This document shows, in pieces, positions 39,781 through 52,962 of a DNA stretch of 64,000 nt; position 1 is the stretch's first letter; each line of letters opens with the position of its first letter. The notes under the pieces are model-generated. The model ran no database searches, was not told the DNA's origin, and was given only the letters and a program-made list of their open reading frames with translations. Source of the stretch: Rhina ancylostomus (taxonomy: Eukaryota); assembly GCA_030265395.1 (NCBI GenBank), contig JARFYF010000001.1, forward strand, positions 101,261,427 through 101,325,426, in the 5' to 3' direction. A program made the translations under genes and the position numbers.

Positions 39781-40913
39781 GAGCATATGTCAAAAACTAG
39801 AACTGTTCCAATGAAAGGACTTTGACTTGAAATGTTGACTCTGTTTCTCCTTCTGCCTAAACTTACTGTTTCCTGAATTGTCTGTTTTTAATGTTTTTAG
39901 ATTTAATTTGCAACCCATGTTTTGTGTTCTTATAAAACTGCAGTTAGATCTACACTATTATTTGATTTGCTTCATGTTCTTATTCCCAGGGTGATTTTAC
40001 CAGTGTAGTTGTAATAGCTTTCAAATAAATCTCTGATTGGATAGAAGTTGAAATAGGGCAAGGAAATCTTGCGTCACAAAAACAGGCAAATCCACAGCTG
40101 CATCTAAGAGAACTTAAAAGAAAAATGTTGGAAAAATATAAAGTCAAGCCATCAGTCTATTAGCAGTCTGTCAGCAGAAGAAATGAGTTGAAAGAGAACA
40201 GAACATCCCAAATGACTATTTCATATGTAGCCTGTTATATGTGGATTCATATTAAATTTTGTTTTGTATCCTGTAAAGTTGGGGCAACAGTGGAAGTTTA
40301 TATTTCCTTGGGCCAAAGACCCTGGTTGTCTAATTGCAGGAAGAATATTAATGACGTAAGTGAGCATAATGATTATCCAGGCTCTTGGTTAAAAAAAATT
40401 AAATATCTCTTTTGGTAAATATGAAATTTAGAAATGTTGTAACTGGTGTTCTCATGATTATGAAAGAAATTAAATTTATTATCAAATTTGCCTACTTTAG
40501 TGAAGTGTTTAAATGCAAAACTAATGCTAAATTAAAGATTAGGACAGCGTAAGAGAAGTCGGGTATAATTTTTCATGGTATAAGCTGGAATTCCCTGGAA
40601 TCTAATGTAATGAGAGCATAAAAGCAACATAGCACAAGAATGTTTTACCCTGAAACTTATTCTTGTAAATTTATGCACTGTTTCTGAAATGCCTCCACCA
40701 AAAGCAACTGCTTTTTTTTATTTATACCACGTAAAGTGGGAGTTCATGATATATTTATGTGATTAACACATTGAAGTAGATTTATAGCTATAATAATGAT
40801 AGAGGGAAAAAAGGGAAAGAGACTATGGCACCAGGGAAGAATATAGCAGCACCATTGGTTAATATCCCTATTGATGGCTCTGCATTTACATTTGTTTCAG
40901 CCCTACTGTGTAG

Positions 40914-41097
40914 ATAATATAAGATCTTTATTAGTCACATGTACATTGAAACACACAGTGAAATGCATCTTTTGTGTAGAGTATTCTGGGGGCAGCCCAC
41001 AAGTTTTGCCACACTTCTGACGCCAACATAGCATGCCCACAACTTCCTAACCCGTATGTCTTTGGAATGTGGGAGGAAACTGGAGCACCCAGAGGAA
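40914..41097 (-). mobile_element. V-SINE with Rex1/Babar-type tail; 5' part in a gap
   Basis: cccgtatgtctttggaatgtgggaggaaactggagcacccagaggaa core; tail tttattagtcacatgtacattgaaacacacagtgaaa. Confidence 0.78.
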
Positions 41098-41763
41098 NNN
41101 NNNNNNNNNNNNNNNNNNNNNNNNNNNNNNNNNNNNNNNNNNNNNNNNNNNNNNNNNNNNNNNNNNNNNNNNNNNNNNNNNNNNNNNNNNNNNNNNNNNN
41201 NNNNNNNNNNNNNNNNNNNNNNNNNNNNNNNNNNNNNNNNNNNNNNNNNNNNNNNNNNNNNNNNNNNNNNNNNNNNNNNNNNNNNNNNNNNNNNNNNNNN
41301 NNNNNNNNNNNNNNNNNNNNNNNNNNNNNNNNNNNNNNNNNNNNNNNNNNNNNNNNNNNNNNNNNNNNNNNNNNNNNNNNNNNNNNNNNNNNNNNNNNNN
41401 NNNNNNNNNNNNNNNNNNNNNNNNNNNNNNNNNNNNNNNNNNNNNNNNNNNNNNNNNNNNNNNNNNNNNNNNNNNNNNNNNNNNNNNNNNNNNNNNNNNN
41501 NNNNNNNNNNNNNNNNNNNNNNNNNNNNNNNNNNNNNNNNNNNNNNNNNNNNNNNNNNNNNNNNNNNNNNNNNNNNNNNNNNNNNNNNNNNNNNNNNNNN
41601 NNNNNNNNNNNNNNNNNNNNNNNNNNNNNNNNNNNNNNNNNNNNNNNNNNNNNNNNNNNNNNNNNNNNNNNNNNNNNNNNNNNNNNNNNNNNNNNNNNNN
41701 NNNNNNNNNNNNNNNNNNNNNNNNNNNNNNNNNNNNNNNNNNNNNNNNNNNNNNNNNNNNNNN

Positions 41764-42325
41764 TCCCCTGGCAGTGGATTCCAGGCACCTATCACTCTGT
41801 ACTTTTGGAAAAAAAGGACCTTAAATCTATGTCCTCTGGTATTTGACATTTCAACCCTGGGAAAAAGATTCTCTCTACCCCATCTATGCCTCTCATAATT
41901 TTATATACGTCTATCAGGTTGCTCCTCAGCCTCAGACGCTCCAGAGAAAACAATCCAAGTTTGTACAATCTTTCCTTTTAGCTAATAGATCCAGGCAACA
42001 TCCTGGTGAACTAATTCTGCATCCTCTCCAAAGCCTCCACATCCAACCCACAGTGTGGGGCCAGAACTCCTCACAAGACTCCAAATGTGGCCTAACCAAA
42101 GTGTTATAGAGCTGTCACATGACTTCCTGACTTCTATATTCATTGCCCCGATCGAAAGGAAAGCGTGCCATGCACCTGCTTTACAACCCCTGCTTTTAGA
42201 GAGCTATGGACTTGCATCTCAACATCCCTCTGTGTATCAGTGCTCCTAATGGCCCTGCATTTACTATATACTGTCCCCTTGCATTTCACTTCCCAAATGC
42301 ATCACCTCACACTTCTTAGGATTAC
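41764..42325 (-). mobile_element. CR1 LINE fragment
   Basis: SNTRGHRFKV..RVIGAWNPLPG on minus; tccaaatgtggcctaaccaaagt (LVRPHLE region). Confidence 0.85.
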
Positions 42326-45300
42326 ACTTTATCTGGTATATGAACATTGAATTTTGCAAAATTCAGGTAATCCTCACCCCCAGTGTCCTCCATCACCCAC
42401 ACTCACCCCTTCACCTAGTTTTCTTCTCCCTTTGTTCATTTCTCCCATTCTCCTCCCCCACCTTGCTTTATCTGCCCGTCACCCCCTCCCCATCTGGTTC
42501 CACCTTTCACCTACCAGTCTCTATCGCACCCCCCACTCCCACCGTCCTGTTATAAACTAGCAATCTTTCCTCTCCCATGTCAGTCCTGATGCCTGGTCTC
42601 AACCTGAATCAACTTGCACCTTTTGCTAGTTAACCCCCTGAGTTCTTCCTTTCATTCTGTTTTTTGTTCTAGATTTGGGCGTCTGCAATCTCTTTAGTCT
42701 TCAAATTCCATCTTCCATTTCTCCACCCAAATTTCCAATTGATCTATNNNNNNNNNNNNNNNNNNNNNNNNNNNNNNNNNNNNNNNNNNNNNNNNNNNNN
42801 NNNNNNNNNNNNNNNNNNNNNNNNNNNNNNNNNNNNNNNNNNNNNNNTCTGGTTATCATATAGTCTTAGGGAAGTCAGTTTACTTATGACTTTGTGACTG
42901 ATGCACTATCTAAACCTATATCACTTTGAACCCATATTAGCTTGCAAAAATCTTTTATTTTTGGGTTTGACAAATTACAATTTGACCTGACACCCATGGC
43001 TATTTACCAAAGAAGATTCCAAATTTCTTCCTCCTTTCTGTGCAGTAGAAAAGTTTAAGTCTAATTGTGGGCCCTTGGCTTAGCTGCTTCGACTAGTGGG
43101 AATAATTTCTCTCTATCTAGCCTATCAATTTCCCCTCAAAATCTTTGATCAAATCACCCTTAACCTTCAAGTTCAAGGACTGCTCCCCTGTTTAAGTAAT
43201 CATGTCATAACTTAACCTTTGGGATTCAAATATCATCCTGCTAAATCCACCCTCCACTTATTCCACAACCTGCAAATGGTGCCAGAGCTTTTCTGAATAC
43301 GCTATGTGTTGTTCAAGCAAGGCTTTGTATGCTGTAACTTCCATTCTTTTGTATTTTAGTTATCCAAGGTTACCCATTTTGATTATTTGTTTTAACTTCC
43401 CTTTGTTACCAGTGTAATGTAATGCTTTCACCTGCATTGTTTACAATGCCATATATCCAAGTTTGTCCATGATGCAGAGAATTATGGCCACATTGTAAAC
43501 CTTTAATAAAGTTATTGCATTGGATAATTTAATAAGGTGATCATCATATTGCAGTAATCCATGAGGAGACTTTTAATGTATCTCCATAGGATGCGTAACT
43601 TTTTCTCAGTCAAGAAGTAGAAGAATTTACAAAGATACCATGATCTTTAGGTATTGATGGAGCAGTTGGGGAAAGTCATAAGCAAAGATAAGAATGGCAC
43701 TTTGTAATGAATTATTGGGAGACAACTATAATGTTAAAATGTTCAAATAAAAGTTGTTACTTGAACAAAATATGACCAACTTGGTTGCTTACTTCGAAAT
43801 ACTTGAGAAGGCACTGGGATTTAACTGAGAAAAAGCTTCCTGGTAAAAGTATTGGTTTGACCGATTATCAGGCTGAGTGTTATAAATGGGTATTTTCTAA
43901 ATTTAGGGTTGCTTCTGGCATCAAACTGCATTCAAGAAATTGTGCCACTGTTAACTCCCTTGGGCTAATTACAAGTGGTCAATCCACTTCTTAATGTCTC
44001 AATTTCATTTGGGATGGCAAGCACAGGAAGAGAAGCAAGAAGATAGATGGCTAGGAGTCTCAGGTCAAACCAGTATTTATACACCATTTTCCCTTTCACG
44101 CTTGTTTGAGTTGGTTGCTTTAAGTGGTGGTGCTGGAGAAAAATTGTATCTCAACAAATCTTAAACCAAGCCTAAACTCATGTAGAAACCCTAACTAATG
44201 CAATTCCATGAAAATGTTTCTATGCAGCGTCTCTGACTGCTGAGTTTCATGATTGCAACTGACTGACTTTACAACGTTGCTTAAAGCCAGCAGGTAGGAT
44301 AGTCCATTAGTGGACTGGGGAGAAAAAAGCCTAAACTGACTTCAAACAAGGGTAGAAATTAATTTCTGTACATCAGCAATTTGTAGCATCGTACATCAGG
44401 AATATAGTTATTATTATTGTACAATATTTTAAGGAAGACTGAATTGGAAGTAAAATTACAGAAATGCCCAAGAGTAATTACAAGTTAATTTGGTTGTTCA
44501 TGTGTTCCTTAACTTCCTTGAAAGATTGCATTTGGAATTTTGGAAACTCAGGAAAAGGTCTAGGCCACTACTCTGAATACCTCCTCTTAGAGGAAGTTGA
44601 GTGGGTGGCTACTTGGCTAACTACAGTACATGGCTGTGTACAAGAATGCAGCTCCAAGCAATCAGTGTAAGATGTATTCTTTGGTTTGGGGTAGGGAAAA
44701 TCAGATGCTGTCCTTGGCATGAATAAAATTATTCTAAACCCCTCCCCATAATTAAGACGTTTACAAAAATCACCAGTTATTTTTCGCATTAAATTGGTAT
44801 AAAGTGTAAGTTGAATGCTGTTTGGTAGAGCAAATATGGAGATGAAAACTGAATACATTAATTTCAGAAGAAATTTATCTATTAATTAGTGAATTCACCC
44901 AAGAATAATATAGGATGACTCAAGTATTGAATGAATTGCTGAAAAGGGAATGGAATCATATGATTTCAATTAAAAGCACCTGTTTATGAAAAGAAATAAT
45001 ATGATATAAATTTGTGAGTAATATCACATTTTGAATGCAGACATTGTCTCACTAGGCTTAAAATATGCAGTCTTCTGCCAGTGCTGCTAAGACTGGAAAA
45101 TTTCAGTGTAGTAACTACTGCCAGTATAAAACCAAAGAGGCGTTAAACACTGATATCTTTGTAGTTTACTACAGCACCTCTTTATGATAAAGTTATATAA
45201 GGGAATCCATGTGAGCATTGCATACAGCAGCTTTCCTTTTTATGCCTNNNNNNNNNNNNNNNNNNNNNNNNNNNNNNNNNNNNNNNNNNNNNNNNNNNNN

Positions 45301-47329
45301 NNNNNNNNNNNNNNNNNNNNNNNNNNNNNNNNNNNNNNNNNNNNNNNNNNNNNNNNNNNNNNNNNNNNNNNNNNNNNNTTGATGAATCAAATGCAGATAA
45401 TGGATTTTTAGATTGTTTCATGAAAATGGACAACTTTCACATTTAAAAATGAAAAGAAATACTGTTAACATTTGGCAACTATGGCTCATGACCAGAGATA
45501 AAAAGATTAATTTTGTAGTTGTGTATGCTATTTGAACTGTTGTAGGAGTTCCTCATATGCATCCATAACACACGACATGGAGCAGTTTGCTTTTATTGGT
45601 ACTTAACACCATCATATTGGCTTGCATGTAGGATCTTTTTTTGTGGCATTCTAAAGGGCCTTTTAGTACTTTTGCATCTGTTTGAATTGAAGCTATGTTA
45701 AACTGAGCAATGTAGCTGATGTTTATTTTGTTTTCTTGTGGCGTGAGGAAGAAGATTTGAAGTTGGAAATGTATATGATTTTTTTCCCCCAGAAGTAACT
45801 GGCTAATGCTGTGAAATCTATTGATGGAAACTGAAAATAATTATTAATTAATGTGAATTTAATTGAGTATTCTTGATTATTTATGTTGATAAGAAATATT
45901 CGAGGAAAACATTGGAACCTAGAAACTGGAATAAGCATTTGAATGCTTGGGTCTGTTCCCTCATTTGTTGATCCATGATTAATCCTTATTCCTTGATATC
46001 CTTATCAATACATCTCATATCCCAGATATATTACATCAACCTCAAGGAACTATCATGCCTGTGTTTGTAATTAAGCTTGCAAACCCTGTTATTGTTCAGT
46101 TGATCGTTCTGTGCACTATTCCTCCACCAAGGTCAGTTTATCTTTGAGTTTGATGCCCAAGACTCAATGCAGTGTTTGCGAAAAAATTTTTAGAACATCC
46201 ACTTTGAGTCTGAATGAGGCAAGAGGGCATAATTTTTTTTCTGAGCCCAAGTGACATTCTCTTACCCCTTAATACCTTTATGAAGTTTCTGTGTGCAAAT
46301 ATCAACTATCAAGAAAGATTCTTTAAAAAGTGTGGAGCTGCAGTCTAGTAAGAATCTTAAGGGATAGATAAATTTAGATATAGATTATTAAACAATATGT
46401 AACATAAATCTGAAATATTGCATTGGCTAGTAGTTCAAGAGGGCATGAATTGTAATTATAGAGAATCAAATTAAAAACAATCTGGGAGGAAATAAATTTG
46501 TTAGAAAGTGTATATTTGACACAGAATTGAAGACCAAAGGAGAGTTCAAGATGTATTTGAAAATTCCTTATCTACCTGCTTAAAATGTTTTGTTCAAATT
46601 AATTGACTTTTTTGGAGGAAGGAAGAAATTTTCTTCATAATAAGCACTTTATGTTGGATGGAATGCTGGACACTAGATATTCTGGAAAGATTTGAAATGA
46701 ATTAAAAAATAGGATGAAATAGTGACAAGCTTTGAGGGTTTTTCATTCTCGAAAAAATATTTAATTATTAAAGTGGCATTTTACTTTTCTTTAAAAACTA
46801 CTTCTTTCAACCTCCAGCCAATTATTTAACTCATGAGACAAATGTTTTCAGTAAGAGGCAAAATGCCTTTATCTTTACAACTGATGCAGGGTTCCTTATA
46901 GTATTTCACCAATCATTGTCAGCAAGCACACAAAGCAGGCTAATTTGACTTCTAGAGGCCCATGTGATTTGAATATATGAACCTGACATTGGCACATACT
47001 GTTGCTAAACATCTCCTGATCACTCATACTGCTACCATCTTTACACTTTGTGCGGGCTGGGGATGGAGGTAGAGTTCAGTGGAGATGGCAAGGTTAGTGG
47101 GGTTTAGGATGAATTGTTGATGGTTTAGTAGGTGGTGGGATCGTAGCACTGTTGATTTGTTTGGTATGGAAAGAATGGGTTAAGTAAAATGTTCAGCTGA
47201 GTTGCACTTTCAGAAATCTGACTGCTATTGATAATAGTTTGTGCTGTTTTTCTTCTGTCTTCACTTGCAGTCCAGTCAATGGTAAACTGCAAAATAATAA
47301 CACAAGTAATATGCATGGAGAAAATTAAA

Positions 47330-47575
47330 TGGCTGACGCTGTTGGAAATCTGAAATCAAAAGAGAAAATGCTGCAGGTACTCAACAAGTCAGGCAGCATC
47401 TGTGGAGAGAGTAAAAGAGTTAATGTTTGAGGCTATTGATCTTTCGTCAGAGTTGGACAAGTGAGAAAACCAAAACACTTCTCTCCCTGTTTCATCGACC
47501 TGAAACATGAACTCTGTTTCTCTTTCCACAGATGCTGCCTGATTTGTTGAGTGTTTCCAGCATTTTCTGTTTCTT
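47330..47575. repeat. Penelope-derived inverted terminal-repeat pair (about 70-bp arms)
   Basis: agaaaatgctgcaggtactcaacaagtcaggcagcatctgtggagagag is the reverse complement of ctctttccacagatgctgcctgatttgttgagtgtttccagcattttct with few mismatches. Confidence 0.85.
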
Positions 47576-48094
47576 TTAATATTAAAAAATCTTATAGTGA
47601 ATTAATGATTATTCATAGACCAATGATTGGAAATGGCTATGAGGAAATAGGCTCAATCATGTGTTAATTCTGTACTATATACCCTGTGGAAAGAACTGAA
47701 GTAGCTGCATCTGAGTGTTATCTAAAGATTCTCACCACATTTCATTCCTTTTAGACCAGCTAATCACCTCTCGTGTTGCACAATGGAGTCAGGACCATGT
47801 AAAATCTGAAGTGGCATGGTTAGAGGGAGGCAAGAGTGTGCTGAAATAATTCAGTAATTGTCTAAAGCTGTACATTCTATTCATTATTTATCTTCATTTG
47901 TTTTGATGTTATTTATATTTCTGCAGTTTAGGAAGCAGAGTAGGAATGGTCCGTTGCATAGGAGTTTACAGTATTGGTTTGAGGAGCCTGGAGATGCAGA
48001 ACTAAATTGCTAAAGACCTAATGAACTTTATAAATATTTCACTGTCATTCTTCATAGCTAATAACTGACAAAATTCTGCTTATCTCCTTTTCAG

Positions 48095-48148
48095 AATCTG
48101 CCAGTGACTCGTATCTTGGATAACTTAATAGAGATGAAATCAAATCCT
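48095..48148 (+). CDS. SCFD1: SCFD1 coding exon, 54 nt, after a 20.7-kb intron
   Basis: ccttttcag|AAT CTG...AAT CCT|gtgagt; NLPVTRILDNLIEMKSNP. Confidence 0.96.
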
Positions 48149-48934
48149 GTGAGTAAAGATTAAGTATTAGCCTTGATGAGAAATACAAGATAAAATTACG
48201 TGACTATATGTACTTCAACAAAAATCATCAGCATTTAACTTTTCAAGTTTGTTCCATTACTTCCCTGATTACCTAATCTGTAAACTTCATGTTCTCATTT
48301 TTGTTCTTTTGACAACTTTCAGCTAAAAATTATAAAATTATGTGAAGTAACTTTCATAATATTCCATTCAAAAAGCATGTGTTTATTATTGCGAGTGTTG
48401 TGTTGAAGTATTTGGATGAAAATCATATTAACGTTAATCCACAAATGAATAATAGAGACCTTGTTTTATTTTTCCCTTTCTAATGCACAGTTTACTTACT
48501 TATCACAACACAGAAGGATGATGTTCACAAAATGCCAGTTCCACAATTACTTTTGAATTAATAGGTCCAGGTATCTTCTGTCAGATCTAACTTGCTGCAG
48601 GATTTGAGAACAATTTCCCAAGTATAAGCGCTGGTGAATCACAGCAAAATCCAGCTTCATTTCTGGACTTGGAAGGGTCCAGGGAAGCAAGAAAACCAGG
48701 AATTGGCCTGTGGAGCTAGTCCAGTAACTTAGGGCCTTCTGAGTTTGCACAGAAATCCTAAAACTCATTGGCACTTAGACTGAGAAATGCTGACAATTTG
48801 GTGTGGAACTACCACCAAAAGTTGCATTAGTGTCTGTCATTTGGTTATAGTTCAGCCTGGCTGAGTGAGAGATTAGGGCAGAACTTGGGTGAATGCTCAT
48901 CAGTAGGCTGGCAAGAATATTGAATGAAAATGAA

Positions 48935-49345
48935 CAAAAACTGCTGATGTTGGAAATCTGAAACAAAAATAGAAAATGCTGGAAACTCTCAGTAGATCAG
49001 GGTGCATGTATGGAAATACAAACACAGTTAAAATTTCAGGTTGAAGACTATTCATTAGAACAGGAAAAGAGAGAAAATAAGTTGGTTTCAAGTGGCAGAG
49101 GCTGGGGGAGTCACAGATAGGACAAAGGAAATATCCCTGATAGTGTCAACCGAGGATTGCTGTTACAATAAGCTATTGATGAAGATCCTCACCAGACATA
49201 TTCCCTTGTCCTATCCATCCACCCTCCACCATCTCTGCACTTAACTTGTCTTCTCACTTTCCCAGTTCTGATGGTCGTTAGCTTGAAACATTAACTGTTT
49301 CTCTTTCCACAGGTGTTGACTGATACTTTCCAGTGTTTTCTGCAG
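48935..49345. repeat. Penelope-derived inverted terminal-repeat pair with a hammerhead relic on each arm
   Basis: Left arm on minus CTAATGA..GAAA (49025-49062); right arm on plus CAGTT-CTGATGG..GAAA-CATT-AACTG (49263-49297). Confidence 0.7.
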
Positions 49346-49379
49346 AATATTGAATGTACCTTGTATAATTTATTGATGA

Positions 49380-49790
49380 AGCTTGATACATTGACGAGGC
49401 TTTGTTAAATCCTCCTTGCCCTTGGGGAAGGTGATTGTGAGCCGACATCTTAACCCTCTTCATTCTTTGTGGATTGCACAGTATTCCCACAATAGTCAGG
49501 TAGTGAATTTGAGGATTTTGATTCAGTTATGATAAAGGATTGATGGGGCTTTACAGTCAGTGTAACCTGGAGGGTGATGGAGGTCATTGGTTTGGAACTG
49601 CTGTCGAGAACGCATGGAGAGTTGTTGAAGTGCATTTTTTTAAACAAGGCACTTTGCAGCCATGGAACTACGTGGAGGGAATAAATGTTTAAGGTGGTAA
49701 ATGAGTGCCAGTCACACAATACTGCTTCATCCTGGGTGGTGTTGAGCTAAAGTTCTAATCACTGAAACAAATGGAGAGTATTCTCTACTT
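49380..49790 (-). mobile_element. Old LINE ORF2 C-terminal remnant (same family as 63790-64000)
   Basis: Minus strand TTLNIYSLH...KKMHFNNSP; tgactggcactcatttaccaccttaaacatttattccctccac matches 63835-63879. Confidence 0.55.
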
Positions 49791-50179
49791 GTAACTAAAT
49801 AGCTGCTCATAATAAGACTCTATCTGTGTATAGAACTGGGAAAGAATAGAACGTGTTGTTTACGATTTGTGATAAAAATTTTGCTCTGAAATGCTATCCA
49901 AATTTTATCAATCATATGCTTTCTTGCATTACCAAAAAGATAATTACAGGCTCGAAGAGCAGGTTCTCAGTCAAATGACGCTCCTTTGTCTGTGATTATG
50001 GAAAAGAGAGTCAAATAAACATTTACAGGGGAAATTAGTGATAAATGGTTTACTCTATGAGCCAGCATTGTCTAGATGGGCCAAAATGGCCACCTCCTAC
50101 ATTGTAAGGAAACATGAAATATGCTTTTAATTTGCTGAGGAAATTACCTCTGATTCTTAATATGGAAATATATTCTAAT

Positions 50180-51345
50180 TTGAAGATTTAGTAGAATAAG
50201 TAGATAAAGATAGAAATTGCAAGATATAGTTGCCACCATTTTCCAGTCTATCTTGTATATAGGTGCGGTGACAAAGTACTGGAGATTGCAAATGTTGCCC
50301 CTTGCTGAAAAGCAGAGAGAAAGATAAACCTGTCAGCTACAGGACAGTCAGTTTACTTTGGTGCTGGGGTAGCTCGAAGCAATAATCCAGGAGAAAATTA
50401 AAAACTATTCTGACAAATAATGAAGAGCCACCATGGACTAGAACACTTTGTACTGGTAAGGGGTGAAAAAACAGAGGTGGGAGCACCTGTTTATTTTGAA
50501 TTGGTGAGCAGTATATAAGGTTCGATATTAGAATATGATGTTTTTGATAAATATTAGTGACAATTTGAGGGCATGGAAGATGAATTGACAATTTGAAGAT
50601 GAAACTGAACTAAATCGTAGAATCAAAAGGAAGATGGTATTCAAAGTCAAGAGGACAGACAGGTGAATCGGTAGAATAAGTGGCAGGAGAAATTTAGTTC
50701 TGTAAAGTTAAAAGTGATGCATTTTGATTGAATGAAAGGGGAGTGAGAATTCAGGTAGGTTTAAGCATTTGATACTATAACAAGGAGAGAGGGGGTCTTT
50801 GTGTAAATCTTTGAAGGTTTCTAGACAGCAATACTATTTATTCTGAGCTTAATAAATACAAGGGTAAAATAAAGCAGGAAGTTTTGATGTACCTTTATAA
50901 ATTAACTTTGGGGCCCATCTAGAGTATTGTGTCCAACTCTAGGCACTTAATAAGGATATTGAAGCTTTGGAGTCAGTGCAGAAGAGATTTACGAGGGTGA
51001 AGGATTAGTGTTGTGGATAATCAAGAGAAACAGGGGTAGTTCTCCATTGAGCATAGAAGGCTGGGAGAGAACCTGATAGAAATATTTTAAAAAATGCAGA
51101 CGTTTTAGAATAAATTAAGAAAATGTCTAAATGCCTAATGTCCAAAAGGTTGATAATGAGAGGAACAGATTTAAGATGATCCTCAAAACAATCCCGAATC
51201 TTCAAATGCAACCAGTAGTTAGAATTTGGAGTGCATGCAAGTTCCAGCTTTTGAATGGTAATTTGGTTGATGCTTGATGTGATGTGTGAAAAATCATAGT
51301 GTGTGGGTCCAACTCAATTGCAATAGAAGTCCAGTGCAGATAGCT
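50180..51345 (+). mobile_element. Highly decayed CR1 ORF2
   Basis: gtactggagattgcaaatgttgccccttg (WRIANVxP), ctacaggacagtcagtttact (YRxVSLT), ccatctagagtattgtgtccaactctagg (HLEYCVQ). Confidence 0.7.
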
Positions 51346-52909
51346 ACCTTATGTGCCGTTTTATTTTCATTCCATGACCTTTATTTTTTGTGCTTTGCTG
51401 CTGATGCCAAAAATAGTGAATGAGGCTTAAAAAAGGATGCTCTAAATCACAGCTTGAAATGAGTATTTAACTACTAATTTCATTGTGCATGTACCTTTCT
51501 ATGCAGGCTCATATTATGCAATTGGTAATGAAGAGCCATTGCTCACTGACCTCAAAGAAATTTACCCACAAAGCTTCAGTGGACTCTGTGGCTTAGGATT
51601 CCCTCTTTCCTAACATAAGTTGCTATCTGCCAAGTTCTATAGCAGAACCTGAGAATTTAGGATGACTTGAAAGCAGGCTGAGCAATGAATCTCACTGAAG
51701 AATTTTGACAGTCATAAAAATCAGGAAGTAAAAAACTTACATTTTTATATCTGTTTAAATATTTAACTAAGAAGAAGAAATAGAAATGCCTTAATCTTTA
51801 AAACAAAATTTTAAAAAATATTCTATATAAAATTAGCTTGTTGGGGCCAGAAAAGTGGTTCAATGATTGAAGTTTAGAATGCCTCATACAACATTTTTGG
51901 ACTAAAAATGGGAAGCAAAAAATTGAAGTTCATGTCAATTCACTGAACTTTGCTGAGCATTAAAGCAGAGCCAGTGGGGGAGCAATGTATTGCTGATAGT
52001 TGGTTCTGGGTTTCCATATTTAACTGCTCAGGTGCACACTGCAGAAATTGTTGTCATGTTTCCCACTTTATAACGGTGAGTACTGAAAGCCTTTATTATT
52101 TTAATAGGAAAAATCACATCATGGGGAATGAAAGTTACGATGCAGTTTTGCACGTGGTGACTTGGCTTTTTCTGAGTGTAAAGATACCTTAATGTTTCTG
52201 GGAGTAGGAACAATTGGAAATTATGCATTCTAATCTATTCACGTTTGAGCTCTCTTCTGGGGAATCCAAATAAGAGAAGACAAAGTGAATTAACATATTC
52301 TTTCATAAAATTTAGCTAATGCTTGCTTTATATGTTTCATTTCAGGTATTATATGTGTAGCAGTTAGTTAGATGAAACCTCTTTTGAGTTAACCAACAAC
52401 TGGAACAAGCTTTAGGTTCATGCTTCAACTTCAACATTATGTAGCCAAGGAAGTCTTTCTGAGAACGTAATGAATTATTTTAGCGATGGTTCGTTAGTCT
52501 TACCATCTGTGGAATCAATTAAACATCCGAATGCCAACAGGGCATACATTGTGCTTCCATAGCTGGTGACTTGATATATGTTCTTTCTTCTTGCTTATGA
52601 CATTCATCTTTGCAAGGGTAGTTTTGAAGAAAATTGCTGCTTAAATATTGGGAAGGCTTAAATTTAACCAAAGGTGAAGATGTGCTCAAAAATCAATAAT
52701 TCAGCAGCATAAAATTTCAGTGGCTCAGTAGCAAAGTAGATAAGAACATGTCAATAAACAGTTATTCTTGTCAGAAGACACAATGTCCCACCTTCACCAG
52801 TCAAGGTAAAGAACATTAATTATATGTAAATGATAGGTAACAGTTTTACAGAAATGCCTTAGGAAGTAATTCTACCTTGGAATTAAAAGCCTCCTCATTG
52901 TTTCTGTAG

Positions 52910-52962
52910 GAAACCGATGATTACAGATACTTTGATCCAAAAATGCTTCGTGGCAGTGAGAG
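52910..52962 (+). CDS. SCFD1: SCFD1 coding exon, 53 nt
   Basis: tttctgtag|GAA ACC...GAG AG|gtaagc; ETDDYRYFDPKMLRGSE(S). Confidence 0.96.

Noticed and set aside
27411-48094. Possible nested gene or missing SCFD1 exon in the 20.7-kb intron or in gaps
   Set aside because: Flanking exons join directly (KQQ|NLP) as in the known protein, and all phases are consistent; no non-TE protein similarity was recognised in the short ORFs
22160-49297. Idea that sense-strand hammerheads are selectively inactivated to protect the SCFD1 pre-mRNA
   Set aside because: Copies on both strands are decayed and about equally numerous; the sample is too small to support strand bias
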